DNA of 64,000 bases from Marsupella aquatica (taxonomy: Eukaryota; Plantae; Marchantiophyta). Location of the stretch: the NCBI GenBank assembly GCA_973895155.1, contig OZ316895.1:13760225-13824224 (forward strand), read 5' to 3'. The notes beneath the pieces are model-generated. The model ran no database searches. It saw only the letters and a program-made list of their open reading frames with translations, and was not told where the DNA came from. The position numbers were made by a program, and so were the translations under genes. Of this stretch, positions 50,429 through 64,000 are shown one piece after another. Positions within the stretch are counted from its first letter, which is position 1. Each line of letters opens with the position of its first letter.

Positions 50429-52420
50429 TTGGTTTCATAATCTAATCCCTTCCAATTTGGCACCAATGACCAATTAAATGCTACCATATGACCCCTGGCG
50501 CCCAGCTGATGAAGTAATGGAACAGATGTGCAATTTAACATCCATAGGTATCAACAATCCATTCCAACAGCAATATGTTAGCAAAAAATGGGAGCGGAAT
50601 ATCTACACCGTGGTTTGCAGTAGTGGACTTTTTTCTTCTATGAACTGGCTATGTAACCAACTTTACATAATAAATCACTTTTCAAAATTTTGTCGATTCT
50701 CTCCGAGAATTGAACGGGGAATTGAAATTGCAGGAGATTACAGTGTTGAACCAAATTCAGGGTCAGGCCCAGTAATGGAAAGAATATATACATGCTGAGT
50801 CCACCAAGGAGTCCACCAAGGAGTCCACAGTCTCACACACAGTAATTATGTTGTCAGTAGGCTATTGTTAACTCATATTTTCTAATAAGTCTTCGGGCAG
50901 ATTAATTAACTGTGTAGGAAAGCTTGTTCTTCAGTGCTTTGCTCATGGCAGCGCGCGGCCTTCAGCTCGATTGTGATAAAAAAAATGTTATGGTAGTGAG
51001 CATACCTTGGTCTGCCCACTTTAGTATCTTTCGTTTAAATATGAAGAAGTCTTTGTTTAAATATGAAGATGTCGTTATGTCATAGATGTCGCTATGTCAA
51101 AGATGTCATTATGTAAAAAGACATTGTGTCACCAAAGATGTTCTTATGTCATAGATGTCATCAATTCAAAAGATGTTGTCCCGCCAAAAACGTTAAGTAC
51201 AAAATGGTTGATAAATAAAGGGAAGCCAAGGAAGATATAAAAAAGTGAAAGAAAAATAAACTCAAGATAAAAGTTTTTGAAGAGGATACACATGAAGAGG
51301 TCTTTATAAATTTAGTAGAGAACCTCATCATTTGGCCATCTCAATGCTATTGGGACAAGTAGACAAACTATACAATTAATGAGTTCAGACAAAAACAAAT
51401 GATTTGATAATTCATCACTGGTCTAATTTAAATAATACAATATCTAATCTTGCCTTTTCCCCTGCATTGTTCAATTACAAAATGCACTTTTGGATGGAAT
51501 CCACTATCATGACTGTTAGATTTAAATCAGAATTTTTTCCTTTACAAAGATGCAATGAAAGGAAGAATATAGGGAAAATCCTAGATTGGGGCATAAATGC
51601 ACCTGCACCCACACCTAGACTCACTTACCAACATCCATAAAAAGACTCCAATCTCAAGGCTGAAATTGGGTGTTGAGTTTACATGTGATATCATGGGTAG
51701 GTGGGTCGGGAATGAAAATCTAGCTAGGCCTCTCACTAGATTTAAAAACATTTAAACTCATGCTTGCCCCATTCACATAAAGGAAAATGATAACAAAAAC
51801 ATACAAAGTACAGTTTTCAGTTCAAAAGAAAACATTTATAGATGAGTGAAAAAGAATTTAGAGTCTAACGAGAGGAGAGCAATTTTAAAAATTTCTATGC
51901 TCTCTATGAAGTATTTCTTCCAAGTTACATGAACCCCTAAATCCTAAATTGTTTTTTGCAACAAATCATTGATCAACAACACAATGGCTGCAAGAATGAA
52001 ATGGCCACAATTAATGATGAATTGATCCCAAGAATGAAATGGCAGTAATGACAATTGTGTGACCCATGGGGAATGGGGTCGTTCTACATGATACCTCCAT
52101 CAAAGTGGCTTCAACCTTGGCAGCATCTAGCAGAGCCTCACATTTTTGGCTTTTTGTTGACAACATGGCTGAGTCAAGCATTGATAGTAGCAGTCTGGAA
52201 GGGTCAGCTTGATAAAAGGGCACCTTTGGGATATCACAAAGCATTTGCTTAGCCTGGGTCCTTTAGCTTGGATGTGTCACCTGCTTATCAAACGATTTAC
52301 ACGACAAATACGTATTTCCTCCTACTAAAATCGTTTGTTATCGTATGACGGGAACGTGGAGGGACGCAATTCGGATTCTATTGCATGTAGGATGAGTATA
52401 TTTGATTCCGCTCCCGGAAG

Positions 52421-53917
52421 TGTAATTTTTGATCAAGTCTACCGACTAGCCTCTCTGCTTTTGATCAAGTCCCATGGACTACACCACACACACTCCCACT
52501 GGTCGTTGGTGGAGTGCTGTCACCACCCCTCCTTCTCACAGGGTTGACCAAACCGTGCAATGATTCCTTAGACACTTCTTGGGAAAGAACACAATCGTGA
52601 CCAGAAAAGATAACGCCACACCAAAACTTGAGGAATCAAACCAAATCCATATCTTTTGGCAAAACGTCGTAACACATTGCAAGGACAACCCGGCCTCCTA
52701 CCGTCTGCCCAACTCCTACCTCACGGGGCAAGTGCTACCTCACTACTCTCTACCTCACTACTCTGGCTTGATTCCCACTTCTGGCTATGAGCTAACTTCC
52801 CTAAAACCAACACTAGACTGACTTCCCCCCTGCTCCTACCGGGGGCTGCAGGTTAAATACCAAAAAACAACAATGCGTGAACACACATGCCCTAGGGTGT
52901 GGCGGCGGCCACTGCCCTGGCTGGCCACCATCCACTGGCGGCGCCTCTAACCTAAAAGCTTTCTATACATGCGGCACACACATGCACTCCGAACCCTATT
53001 GCTACCTAAGTGAGGCCAACGGTGCCTTCGTCAGTCATCACATCACCTTAACAAAAACTAGACTAAGTCATATATGAGTAGGCCATGGCCTACCTTCCTA
53101 CTACGTGGTGGCCAACGCCTCCCACTACCTTGGCCATGAAAATAGTTGAAAGTAAAAGTTGTTCTAAATCTGGTCCTGAGAATCTTTAAGTAGCTACGGC
53201 CATCCTGATCGTAACCCCAAAAACGGTTCTCACAACGAACATCAGACGCCCGAGATATGGCCTACCGAGTCTTGAGTTCTACCTCGGCCACCGTCACCTC
53301 CCGGTTGTCCGTACGGCCCCAACCTCCCATCACGACATCAAATTGAGGTACCCTGGCCATGGCCGCCTGCCCTGACTTGGCCGGGTCACTTTCCTGAAGG
53401 CCGTACGGACGTCCGTATGGCGTCAGACCCTCATTCTTCACAAAAACGCTCCGGTCCGTATCTCTCTCATTTTAACTCCGTTTGAGGCGTGTCTTACATC
53501 GTTAGATTCAGCTCAACGAGCTCCTTCCAATAAGCTTATGAGTTCTTGATTCTGAGAAGATTGAAAATTCGACTTTTGTGTGGCCAAGGTCCGTACGGCT
53601 CATGTACTAGTTACCTTCATCTGACTGCTCGCTTGTAGTAAGATCCTCATCTATGGATTGGCCACTGGAACCCTCATTGTCCCCATAGTCGGGGTCTCAT
53701 TGGGCTTGCCCTCCGGTGGCCAGGGCTCCTCCCCTCAGGCCGCCTTACTGTTGGCCAACACCCTCCTTGGCCGGCTCCACTCCTCCTAAGCCGGCTCCTT
53801 GCAGGTTAGGGCTCCCTATGCTGGGGCACCTTGTTGCTGGCCGACACCCAAAAGTGGTGCCTGGCCACTAACGCGCTTCGACCCGGCCCCCTTACGCTAA
53901 TACTAGGGCCGCTTACA
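52421..53917 (-). mobile_element. Possible solo-LTR-like GC-rich remnant
   Basis: TGTAA...TTACA termini around a non-coding block rich in ggcc and ccgtacgg repeats. No matching TSD. Confidence 0.3.
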
Positions 53918-54646
53918 AAAATGAAAAGCTAGAAAATCCCCGGCTCCTACATGGGAGGGTACATGCCTTGTCTTGCACCGGCCAGCGGCCAACCCCCCTT
54001 ACTCTTGAGGCTTGGCCGACAACTAAAATTAAGCGGACATAAAAAAAATCAACACTCACCTCATCTATACTGCGCGTAAACTATCTTCGGCGAGGTTGTA
54101 AGAGAACAAAAGCAAAAAAAACTTGACACAAATCTATTTATTTACATGTGTGCGTCACTACTACCCTTTAAAATCATTCTTTGGGACCATTGGCCCCGTC
54201 ACAGGATGATGCACTTATGCAGCCCTCGAGCCATTTAGCCTGTTAGTAACTACCACACATTTCTCTCCAAGATGTGCACTCAAATCTTGGTCACTTACGT
54301 CATTTATCTTGTAGGGATTTCTACCAACGACCGGGAGTCCAAATGTGACTGCTAGAAATGCAGGGACTAATCCTGGGCCCTCTTCTAGCGCATTGCACTT
54401 AGCACACACATTTCTACAAAAATAGCAGGTGTGCCACCCCCAACAACTCCAGCTACGTCTCTAATCTGGCTGTCAATGGCGTCTCATCGCTAATCCTTGA
54501 CTGAATGGTTTGAAGTGTAGTAGTAAGGCAAGTGCTGTGGTAGTGGTTTTTTTGCATGAATTGCACAGAGAATCTAGCAAGGGGGACAGGCAATAAACAA
54601 AACAAATGCGGAACCATTCATTTAGCCTTCATGTGTCACACTAGTA

Positions 54647-55302
54647 CTACCGTCTTCCCCCAAACACAAAGCCCAGGCGCTATATTCGAATAGTGGGCCG
54701 GGGGGCGCTATATTCGAATATAGCGCCCTAGGCATTGTGTTTCAAATTTTGTCACATGGTGACACTAAAATTACACAAGGGAAGAGAGCCAAGAGAGCCA
54801 AGAGGATCTCTATCCTATTACCAAAAGGAAAGCCCGTCACAAATTTGATGAACCAATTTGTAGGAGATAAGTCAGAATAGGAGTTTAGAGATTCATTATT
54901 GATCTGATTTCTAACTTAGTGCATGTGCACATTCATGTAAGAAGTTTCACAAGGAGAGAAAGTTGTTGAGTGCCCTTTTAGTCAAGTATGTGTGTCTGTG
55001 CTTTTGCTCCATAAATTGTTGCAACTATTGCTACAAATGCTATGGAAACTATGGACAACATTTTTTGTTCAGTTTTGCTTAAGCTTTGACTGTAGCGGGA
55101 GACACAAAATGGGATCTCTCTCAAACACAGGGTGCAAGTTTGAACACGGCGCTAACTATTCAAACACAATGCAAACTTCAAATCTCTCAAACCTGGGGTG
55201 CAATTTGGAACACAACGTCAACAATTCAAACACAGTGCCAACTTCGAACACAGCGCCCGGGCGTTGTGTTAATACGGCGTTGTGTTTGGGGGAAGACGGT
55301 AG
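54647..55302. mobile_element. Tc1/mariner (pogo/Tc2-like) MITE, 656 bp, TA target
   Basis: TA|ctaccgtcttcccccaaacacaa at the left and ttgtgtttgggggaagacggtag|TA at the right: perfect 23-bp TIRs. Subterminal gcgct(a/g)t(a/g)ttcgaa repeats. Confidence 0.88.
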
Positions 55303-55635
55303 TATAAGGTTTTGGTGATATAGCTTTTTACTATTGAACCTGTCTTTGAAACTACCCGATACTACTAACGTACCCCCAAACAAAATTATTAATTATCAAA
55401 CCCATTCCCTGTTAGTATTAATGAACTTGTATACAGGTTCTTGTTTCCATCTTGCAAGTCAAAGCTGGCTATCCCTAACCCACCGCGATCGCCCTCACCC
55501 CCCCCCACCTCCCTCCCCACTTCCCCTTTCCCATTGCAGGAGTTTTCCTGTGTAAAAACAACATTTTTTCACCCCTCTAGGACCTGCAAGTGTGCCCAGC
55601 AACAGGGAAGGGCTTAGGGGGTCCAGGGTGCTTGT

Positions 55636-55850
55636 TGTTGAGTATAGACGACATTTGCAACTGCAAGCCCATAAACCATCCAACGCACAAGAGTCAACAC
55701 AGAGAAATACGTGGTTCACCTCCACATGAGGCTACGTCCACGGGAACACACAAGAGCTTTACTGCACTCTAGGCCGATCGGCCATACCAAGCATTCACAG
55801 CACAAGCTCTCCCTATCTCTCAACTAGCTCCGTAACAATGAGCCTTAGTC
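55636..55850 (-). mobile_element. LTR-like remnant related to 28410-28620
   Basis: Starts TGTTG and is colinear with the 28.4-kb copy. Confidence 0.45.
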
Positions 55851-57883
55851 CCACCAGGGGCTGCACTAACCCTGAACTATATTCACAACAGCACTACCGC
55901 TAACATTAGTTAAGTCCTAACCCGAGTTAGACTAACTGTGGTTAGCTCAAGAGTCACAAGACTAGAGCAATATCTAGCAGTTGTGATAGGCTAAGACTAG
56001 CTAGTATCAGCTTGCCGCATGGGAACAGGAACTCATATATGATTTAATGCTAGCCTAAAGACAAAATGGGGGCAAGTTGATAAATAATTCTGTTTGGGGG
56101 TTAGTTTGTGGGACAGGTTATTAAAATCAAGATTAAATTGTTGTTTGGTGATATCTATTCTACTCCTTATTCAATTGGTGATATCTATAGCACCTTGTTG
56201 GTCTTGTCAAACACACCCTCCCAACTGTCAAAAGAAAACTGACTGGGCCACTTCCAAATCTAAAGATAAAGCAATTTCTTTTCTGAATTTTGTGAGATAG
56301 TTGAACCCACGACTGCCTCAAGGGAAAGTATGACCCACCTAATAATTGTTTATTTACATTACTAAAATTATGGAAAGCCTTAGATATTTTTTGATGTTAA
56401 CTAAAGAAAACCATCAGATCTTCATAGATTCGGCAAAGCAGAAGGAGATGTTGTAGATCTTTGCTTCATATTTGTTCCCCTTGTTTTTGTTTGTATTAGT
56501 TTGCCTGGAGCTGGAGAAGGGAGGACTTTGGCAATATTTAGCTAATAAAAAATGAATGCCAACAATAGTTACTACCTTAGTGCCATCCAGGCTTGTGCAA
56601 AAAATAATTAATTCTGTATTTGATTTACAAAAACTTCTAGAGTATTCATGAAACCTCAAAATAATTTTGTGATTAAAATTAAGAATGTTTTTTAGTTAGA
56701 CATAAACACTCATTGTGGACTATACTCATTACTTCTAATATTAAGAAGAAACAAAAACATGCATCAGCTTCTTATGAGCATTGAAGCATACATGAACTAG
56801 TACCCCCACCGTAAGTTCATTCCAAAATCTTTTGAAGCATGTGCAGCCACATCAACACTATTGGTGACAAACAAGAATGATTTGTTGTGCAAAAAGAACC
56901 AAACATGAATATTTGTGTTTAGGGCAAGGCAAAGAAAGACCCTGAGACCACACAACTATAAGTACAGAAGAATACTGAAAATAACTCTACAAATAAACAA
57001 AGAAAGGGGTAAAATAAAATAATCTTTGCATGGGTTAGGATTGATATATCAACATGTTTTCAATATATTGATAAATTTTTGAAATAACCATAGATAGAAA
57101 TTAATTCTTTTAACTGGTGTAACATTTACCAGTAAAATAAGAAACCCTTCAAATATTATGGACAAAGGCATATTGCATGTAAAAAACCTTTCGGCTACTC
57201 TGGATAGTAGAATCCCAAAGGAACACAGGAAACCTTTCAACTACTATAATATTGTGCATGAAGTATATGGAGAGTTACATGTATTATATGGACATATGAA
57301 TACCAAGGGAATAGACTTACCAATGAATAATCTCCTATACTTTCCTCTCATCTCCATATAAAAACCTATTTCACCATCCAACTCTTCTTAGACTCTAACC
57401 AACTGATTTTTAGTTTCTTGAGAAGTACTTCGAAAGTTCTTTTCAATGACCCTACTATAGAATTGAGAGGCTAAAAAAACTCATATTTTTACTCATCTAT
57501 GTAGTTTGGACACATGAGTAGAAAAGAGTATTCCTCTACCGTCCTTCACAACGGTATGTAGAATCTCTGCAAACGTCGAGATCCATAGTGACTTCAATTT
57601 CCATAAAATAACATCCTAACAATAAAGGTTTTAGGTTTTTAAATACATAGTCATTAAATATATTTGAATTTATAATAATACCACTATTTTTATTATACTT
57701 ATAAAAATATCATAATTTCCATATATAGTTCTTTGGTTACCTTGGGAATTTGTCATCCATATATAAAATCCTGACATTTTTATAAATAGTAAAAAAAACA
57801 TGACAATATTGTCAATTAGAACATCATGACATATTTAATGTAACATCGTTAGTGGCAAAGAAATTAAGCTTTATAACTGGCTC

Positions 57884-58070
57884 CACTCTGAGCTTACCAC
57901 TGCTTACGAGGGAAGGAAAAGAGGCAACAAAAGCACTCCGTCGACGTAAATTGGAGCTTCGTCGCCGTGACCCGTCACTCTGAGCTTACCAGTGCTTAGG
58001 AGGGAAGGAAAAGAAGAAACAAACGCACTCCGTCGACGTAAATTGGAGCTTCGTCGCCGTGACCCCGTCA
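57884..58070 (+). repeat. 92-bp tandem duplication in the proximal promoter of GST copy 3
   Basis: cactctgagcttacca..gagggaaggaaaaga..gcactccgtcgacgtaaattggagcttcgtcgccgtgaccc(c)gt begins at both 57884 and 57976. Confidence 0.9.
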
Positions 58071-58131
58071 GGTGCCTTCGAGCGCACTTTCGTTTGGCTG
58101 TCCCACCGACTCACCGGACCTGCCCCTCCCG

Positions 58132-58139
58132 TATATAAA
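58132..58139 (+). promoter_or_regulatory. TATA box of GST copy 3
   Basis: TATATAAA lies ~50 nt upstream of the 5'-UTR segment shared among the GST copies. Confidence 0.65.
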
Positions 58140-58308
58140 GGATCTCAGTCCTGCCACTCTCCCACCCCACAATTGTAGAAATCACCATCACTTCTGCGCA
58201 CTCACTTACTCAATCGCACTGTCTCATCTCGCCTCTTTTCGAAGGATTTCTCATTCGAACAGTTCTTTCGCATAGAGTTGATTTGTGGGTCGAATACAGG
58301 AAGCGAAG

Positions 58309-59533
58309 ATGACGATCAAGGTGTATGGAATGGCCTTGTCAACTTGTACAGGCCGAGTCTTGGCCGCCCTGTATGAGAAGGGGGTTACCGATTTCGAGGT
58401 TGTGACGGTGGATTTGATGAAGGGTGAACAAAAGAAGCCGGAATATCTGGCCCTCCAGGTAGGGAGCAGTAGAGAGGCTAACTAATATTCTTGTGTAGAT
58501 CGCTCTCTTTGCTGCTTGCTGCCGGTTGGAGCTTGACGAGTGTATGTGAGTACTGCGATCTGTGTTGTCGAGAGGGGTTGTTCGAACCACTGAGATGGTA
58601 GCAGCTGAGTCCCGCGTGATCGAACTTCGTTACGGCTCATCCTGTAATGCTAGTGATCTTGCATGCCGCTCACTTTGTAGCGCGTTCGCATTGCACCGTG
58701 GAGAAATGCCCTCATGGCTGATGCTGATTTCCGATTCATAACTCTCTGTGCCTACAATACACTCACGACTTTGCGTTTGTTGTCTTATTTGCTGTCACAG
58801 CCTTTTGGAGTAATCCCAGTGTTCCAGGACGGTGATCTTACAATCTTTGGTGAGTTTTGTAGCTTGTTGACGGGTCGCATTTGCTCTTCGTATAAATGAT
58901 TACTTTTTAGGTCTAAATGTCTGTCGTCCTGCCCCTTGATTGGAAAGCCAATCAGTTATATGGAGTCTGGTCAAATCCAGCGTTGTGGATTTGTAGATAT
59001 TGAATTGCCTATTGGGAAAGATTCTTGGTTGTGACATACCTTTCAGTATGCTGACCCGGTTGTGTGAATTGTACTGTCCAGAATCTCGAGCGATTGTCCG
59101 TGTTATTGCACACAAGTTTGAGAAACAAGGAACTCCTCTGTACGGCTCTACCCCGAAGGATAAGGCCTTGGTTGAACAGTGGCTCGAGGTTGAAAGCCAG
59201 AACTACCATCCGATAGTTTCACCCTTGGTAAAAGAAGTAGTATTCAAGCTATGGGGAGGAGGGGTCTCCGACCCGGCTGTTGTAGATGCACAGATTGAGA
59301 AACTCGGGAAACTTTTCGACATTTACGAAGCGCATCTCTCGAAGAGCAAGTATCTAGCCGGAGACTTTTTCAGCCTGGCAGATCTGTCCCATCTTCCTTA
59401 TGCTCATTATCTCTTTACTGTCGCGAAGAAGGGAGAAGTTCTTGAGACGAGACCTCATGTGAAGGCATGGTGGAACGACATTTCTTCGCGTCCGTCCTGG
59501 GTGAAGGTGCAAGAGCTTGTTAATGCTAAATAG
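58309..59533 (+). CDS. GSTF: Phi-class glutathione S-transferase (copy 3), 3 exons
   Basis: Exons 58309-58458, 58801-58849 and 59082-59533. Motifs GMALSTCTGRV, QPFGVIP, FESRAI, YLAGDFFSLADLSHLPY. Confidence 0.96.
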
Positions 59534-62500
59534 ATTTTGTCCCAACGAGCTAGCGGCCTTGCTTGTGATTCGATGAATTGTACCCTGTTGCAACCTTGCG
59601 ACGGAACATGTCGGTTTACTGCTTTTTTCCGGCAGTTCGTGGATTCGACAATAAAGTGATGCACTCGCTCACTCGCTCTGGCAGAAAATTTTGGGCCTCT
59701 GATTGCCTGTCTGTACACTACCGTGGATCTTTCTACGTTGCAGAAGCACCGTGTACAGTTGGATTGCGAATCTGTTCTGCCACTTCAGGTTCTTTGTCTG
59801 ATGAATGTGCTCCGAAATTGTTGGATGAAAGCGCATTTACTTACTACAAGCAAAAGTATGATTAAAAGTGTCATGTGCAGGAGGATTATTGGCAAGATCG
59901 TCTAATTTATAGAAAAGAACATATACTTACAGTAGTTGGATATGATGTAGCTTGCCGCTGGGTGTTGGATCCTAGTACACAATCAAAGCATGACTTTGTG
60001 GACCTTGTCAAATCGGGAATGGGGATGTTAGCTGTGTTGGGACTATCTTCAAACATAAAATGAGGTGCAGATTACGACCAACACTTCGATAAACTTCGAA
60101 CTAGTGTTGATTCAGATAGAGAACTAATAACAGCAACAGTCTTCAGCGAGCACCAATGTCGTTACGTGCCTCACCAATCAAGTCGTTGGCTAGACCACAT
60201 CTCGAAAATGGTATCATGTCTCCAACCAAATCTCCCACATTTCCCTACGTCATCCATGGGAAAAAGCTCAATAGCGTCTTAAGCGACGTTGTAAAAATCG
60301 CTTTGGCCTAAAAACATTTGTTGTCGGGCAAAGAGTCGGGTGCACCGGCTTAAGCAGGGAGGGTCTACGCAAGTTCACATGAGTGTCCAGTTGATACTGT
60401 TCTGCGAATTGGAACATTGTATCGAGTCGACTATTGGAGGGCCCCCGTTGACCGCGTCGGTGTGAGGACCAAAGACATGCCACGAGCTGATGAGCTTTAC
60501 TGAGTGCAGATGCGCAATCTAGAACAAACAACGGAGAACTCAGGAATCATCTGGAAAGTTCCTTCGGTAGCATCGATGAGGTGGGTGAGAATGTCGCCAC
60601 CATAATTGTGTACCGCGTGGCAATGAACTTCTACACAAAAACCTCATTATTTGGGAGATCCGCCAGGGCAACATACTATTCGGCTCAGTAATCGAGGGAT
60701 GCTGATACGATTTTCTATTCACTTTTTCTTCACTTTTTCTTGTTTGTTATTCAAAAATCATTAAAGTAATCGAGGAATGCTGATACGATTTTCTATTCAC
60801 TTTTTCTTGTACATTAATGTCCTAGTTAATGACATTATGAGAATAATGCACTCAAATCTCATAATGCACTCTAACCAGGACATTACCCTACTTTTTTTTT
60901 TGGTCCACTCCTATCTTCACAACAGACTAGACAATCTAATTCTCAATAGTATCTTAGGCCAGTGCTGCTGCAGTATCTGTGATTTTGTAAAGTGCCAAAC
61001 ATGTCCGGTTGACATACTACGGGAATCTGCTGGAAATTTGCATCCTTACCTTTCTCCATAGATGGAGCAAAAATGTACACCTACAATAATATAGTTTGAA
61101 CTCATGGGACTTTTTTAAGTTACACAGTTTACCTCATTAAGAACTAACTTTTCTGCTGCTTGCTGTGCCTGACACAACCTAATCAAACCTAAAGGTAAGT
61201 ACTATGTGCAAATCAGCCTGGTTGTCACCTGGCCCCAAGCTCAGTGGTAGGGCACCTCAATAGGGGACACCAAGTTTTCTGTCACACAAATTCCTTTTAA
61301 CATTCATCTCACTCAAAAGTGTGGTTAATTTACACTCTAGTGGCACTTCGAATGATAGTGAGATCATTGGACGGAAGGCAGACAACAGGCAATGGCGTGG
61401 GTAGATAGGTACAAGAAGTTGCCTTTCATTGTGAACGAGCCCTATGCCAGTGCTTTGCACTGTGCAAGGAGGGCACGCCCATAGGGATTGGCTGGGGGCA
61501 GCGGGAAACAAATACGTGATAGGGGTGTACATTTCTTTCATCAATGGTGAGCAAAAATAGCTAATCAAATCTAACTGCTGTGGATCTTTCTCGCCCAGAA
61601 GCTTTTTTGTATGGGGACGAAGGATGAAAAACGGTGGGATCCCTTATTATAGTTGTAAATGTTTACCAGTTCATAGTTTCAATTCTCAGCAGATCCAGAC
61701 ATACTGTCTAACGTGTCTACAAGTAAGCTCCGAGGATTATGCCCCAAAGCTTGCACTTATGGTGGGCATGCGCTACCTTATAAATGCATGGGAATGGGAG
61801 ATGTTGCACTTATTGAGGGTATGCAATATCTTATAAGTAGATGGAACTTTTGCCCTCTTTGAGGGTATGCACTATCTTATAAGTGCACAGGAAAGCTTGC
61901 CCTTATTCAGGGCATGCACTATTGTATAAGTGAATGGTAAAATGTGCATGGTTTGCATTGCCTAACTTTGGTCAACCCTCATGTGAGTCTTCCTTATGAT
62001 TTGATTGAAAGTTATGGGCCATGAAAATAACAAGGAAAGTATTATGTTCTATATATTTCCATGGTCACTTGGGGGTCATAGTACCTTGCACCTCTTCTTG
62101 TGAGTTTTCCTTTGTATTTCGGGATGGAGCCAGTGTTTTTTTCTAAGCAAATTTACACATTGTCTATCAGGTGAAGTGGCTTCCAAATGAAACCAGTTTA
62201 AAAACAGTTTTAGAATGATTTGCCAAAATCAAGGTTCCAGATCTGAAACAAACCTACTGGTCACAATGTGTCCGTACAAAGATTTAGTGTTCACAATGTG
62301 ACCATACAAATATTTTTGCTAAGCAGTGGCTTCTCAACATGCCCTAAGTGCAACCTGCCCAAATAACAAAAGGAAATCTTGGATAGAACTATGGAGGGAA
62401 TGAAAATACAAGGGATGGAACCATAGAGCCCTTATCCCCTTGGCAACCTGGCCGCTATAGTAGATTCTCATTTAAAATCTCGAAAGTCATTGGCTTCTCT

Positions 62501-63697
62501 TGAGCATAAGTTTTTGAAGTAGGGTTTACTCTCCATAAGGCATGGGCGTCAACCTTCACCTTCACATTCTACACCTCACTAGCCCCGACTACACATTATT
62601 TGAACGTGAATAGCAGAGAGAACAGTAAAAATGTCATCAAAACATATTCTCCAGTCAGAGTCAATGTCATTTTCCAGGAATTAATGTTGTGGGGGGAAAA
62701 TGCTTGTCCACACACTCTTGACCAAAGACCAGACCAAACCTCTTTTTTTTGTTTGGGGGGGGTGTGATTTTTTCTGCTGCCTTTACAGGTTTGAGACTCC
62801 CTACTTAGTTAACACACTTAAAAGCCTACAGAGATTCTTATTTTTTATTATTTGCACTTTTGTCTTTTTAGTAGAAGTACAAGCTAAATTTCATATTGTG
62901 CCGATCCAAATCTTGACTGTGAAAATTACAAAGAGAAAGTGACACTGGAAAACCACAATGGGCCTAATAAGGAAGATTGGTGGTCCGCAACCAGAGACTC
63001 TCCGCATCGCCCTCTAGAGCAGAGAGCAGAGAGCAGAGTATGGAACTATGGATGTAACAGAGTAAACCCATGGAGCAAGAAAGCGAGAAAAAAGCGCGAA
63101 AACTCAAAACCAAACGGGAGGCACTGTGGAATGCTTGCGCTTCAGTCTTCACCATCGCCAATCGTAGATTGATCGAAGAAGGACAGCGCTCAGCAGCGAG
63201 TTTGTAGTGTGGCTTGAATCGGCTTTACTGCAGTGGCTCGGCTCCGAGTTGTCAACAAGTTGCTGCATGACAGAATCCCGCGCTGGATTACCGACTGGGA
63301 GGAGGGTGAAGTGTGTTAAGATCGGATTCGATTGAATTAGGGCTGCATCGGCCATCGGATTGGAGTGGATTCGGAATAGACTGGAAGAACTTCGGCGTGT
63401 AAGTGCTGAAAATCAGTCCAATAGCTACTCTAAAGGTTGCGATTGTTCGCTGAAACGTGGTGACTGTCAGCATTTTTTGTTAAAGTTTTTTCCGAGTGAG
63501 CACGAGCGCGGCGAGGGAATACCTTGGGTGTCGTGCGCACGTCTGCTGTCTCCGAGAAAGAGCTGATAGTTGCAGCAGCGTGTATGAAATCAAGCAGTTT
63601 AGTCCTTGGTGCTGATGCGCACCATAAAACTATTGGGAAGATCGGGCATCGAGACGAAAAAGAGTCTTGCGCAATGATTGATTTTTCGTGGGAAGGC

Positions 63698-64000
63698 ATG
63701 GAAGTGCTGCCGGACGCGATTCAGCAGCACATTCTCGGATTCGTCCGAAGTGCGCGAGACGTGGCGTCGTGTTCGTGCGTTTCTAAGAAATGGAAGGAGT
63801 CGATGACACAAGTTCGCAGCCTCTATTTCGCGCGAAATGTCGGGGACGAGCAGGGAATTCTACCGGATTTGATAGTCACTCGAATGGTTTTGAGTATGAC
63901 TGCATTGCAAGAGCTCATCGTCTACTGCCCGTTCTCGAACGTGAGCCTGCTGGCGTGGCTTACCCACACCAAGGAAACCCTGAAGATTCTAGAGCTCCGG
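63698..64000 (+). CDS. F-box protein (F-box plus RNI/LRR-like type), runs off the end of the window
   Basis: MEVLPDAIQQHILGFVRSARDVASCSCVSKKWKE..LQELIVYCPFS..LKILELR. The frame is open to the window end and resembles Arabidopsis At1g10780-type proteins (from memory). Confidence 0.88.
   Translation, partial: MEVLPDAIQQHILGFVRSARDVASCSCVSKKWKESMTQVRSLYFARNVGDEQGILPDLIVTRMVLSMTALQELIVYCPFSNVSLLAWLTHTKETLKILELR

Overview
Nuclear DNA of a land plant, with spliceosomal GT-AG introns and no prokaryotic features. The gene set suggests a bryophyte such as a liverwort (inference). Host genes: a fasciclin-like arabinogalactan protein; a 14-exon, strongly divergent plastid sigma70-type factor; a ~1,370-aa orphan Ser/Arg-rich repeat protein with an apparent frameshift; two intact phi-class GSTs plus a truncated third copy; mitochondrial complex I subunit NDUFA7/B14.5a; and the start of an F-box gene. 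Intergenic DNA holds several MITEs, a head-to-tail Helitron-like pair, LTR-like remnants and tandem repeats. The most unusual object is a 6.2-kb TIR-bounded PIF/Harbinger-type transposon (36193-42358). Besides the usual DDE transposase and Myb/SANT-like partner, it carries an RPA70C-like zinc/OB-fold gene and one or two orphan genes in a very compact layout, all interrupted by in-frame stops without evident frameshifts. All calls were made by eye; no database searches were run.
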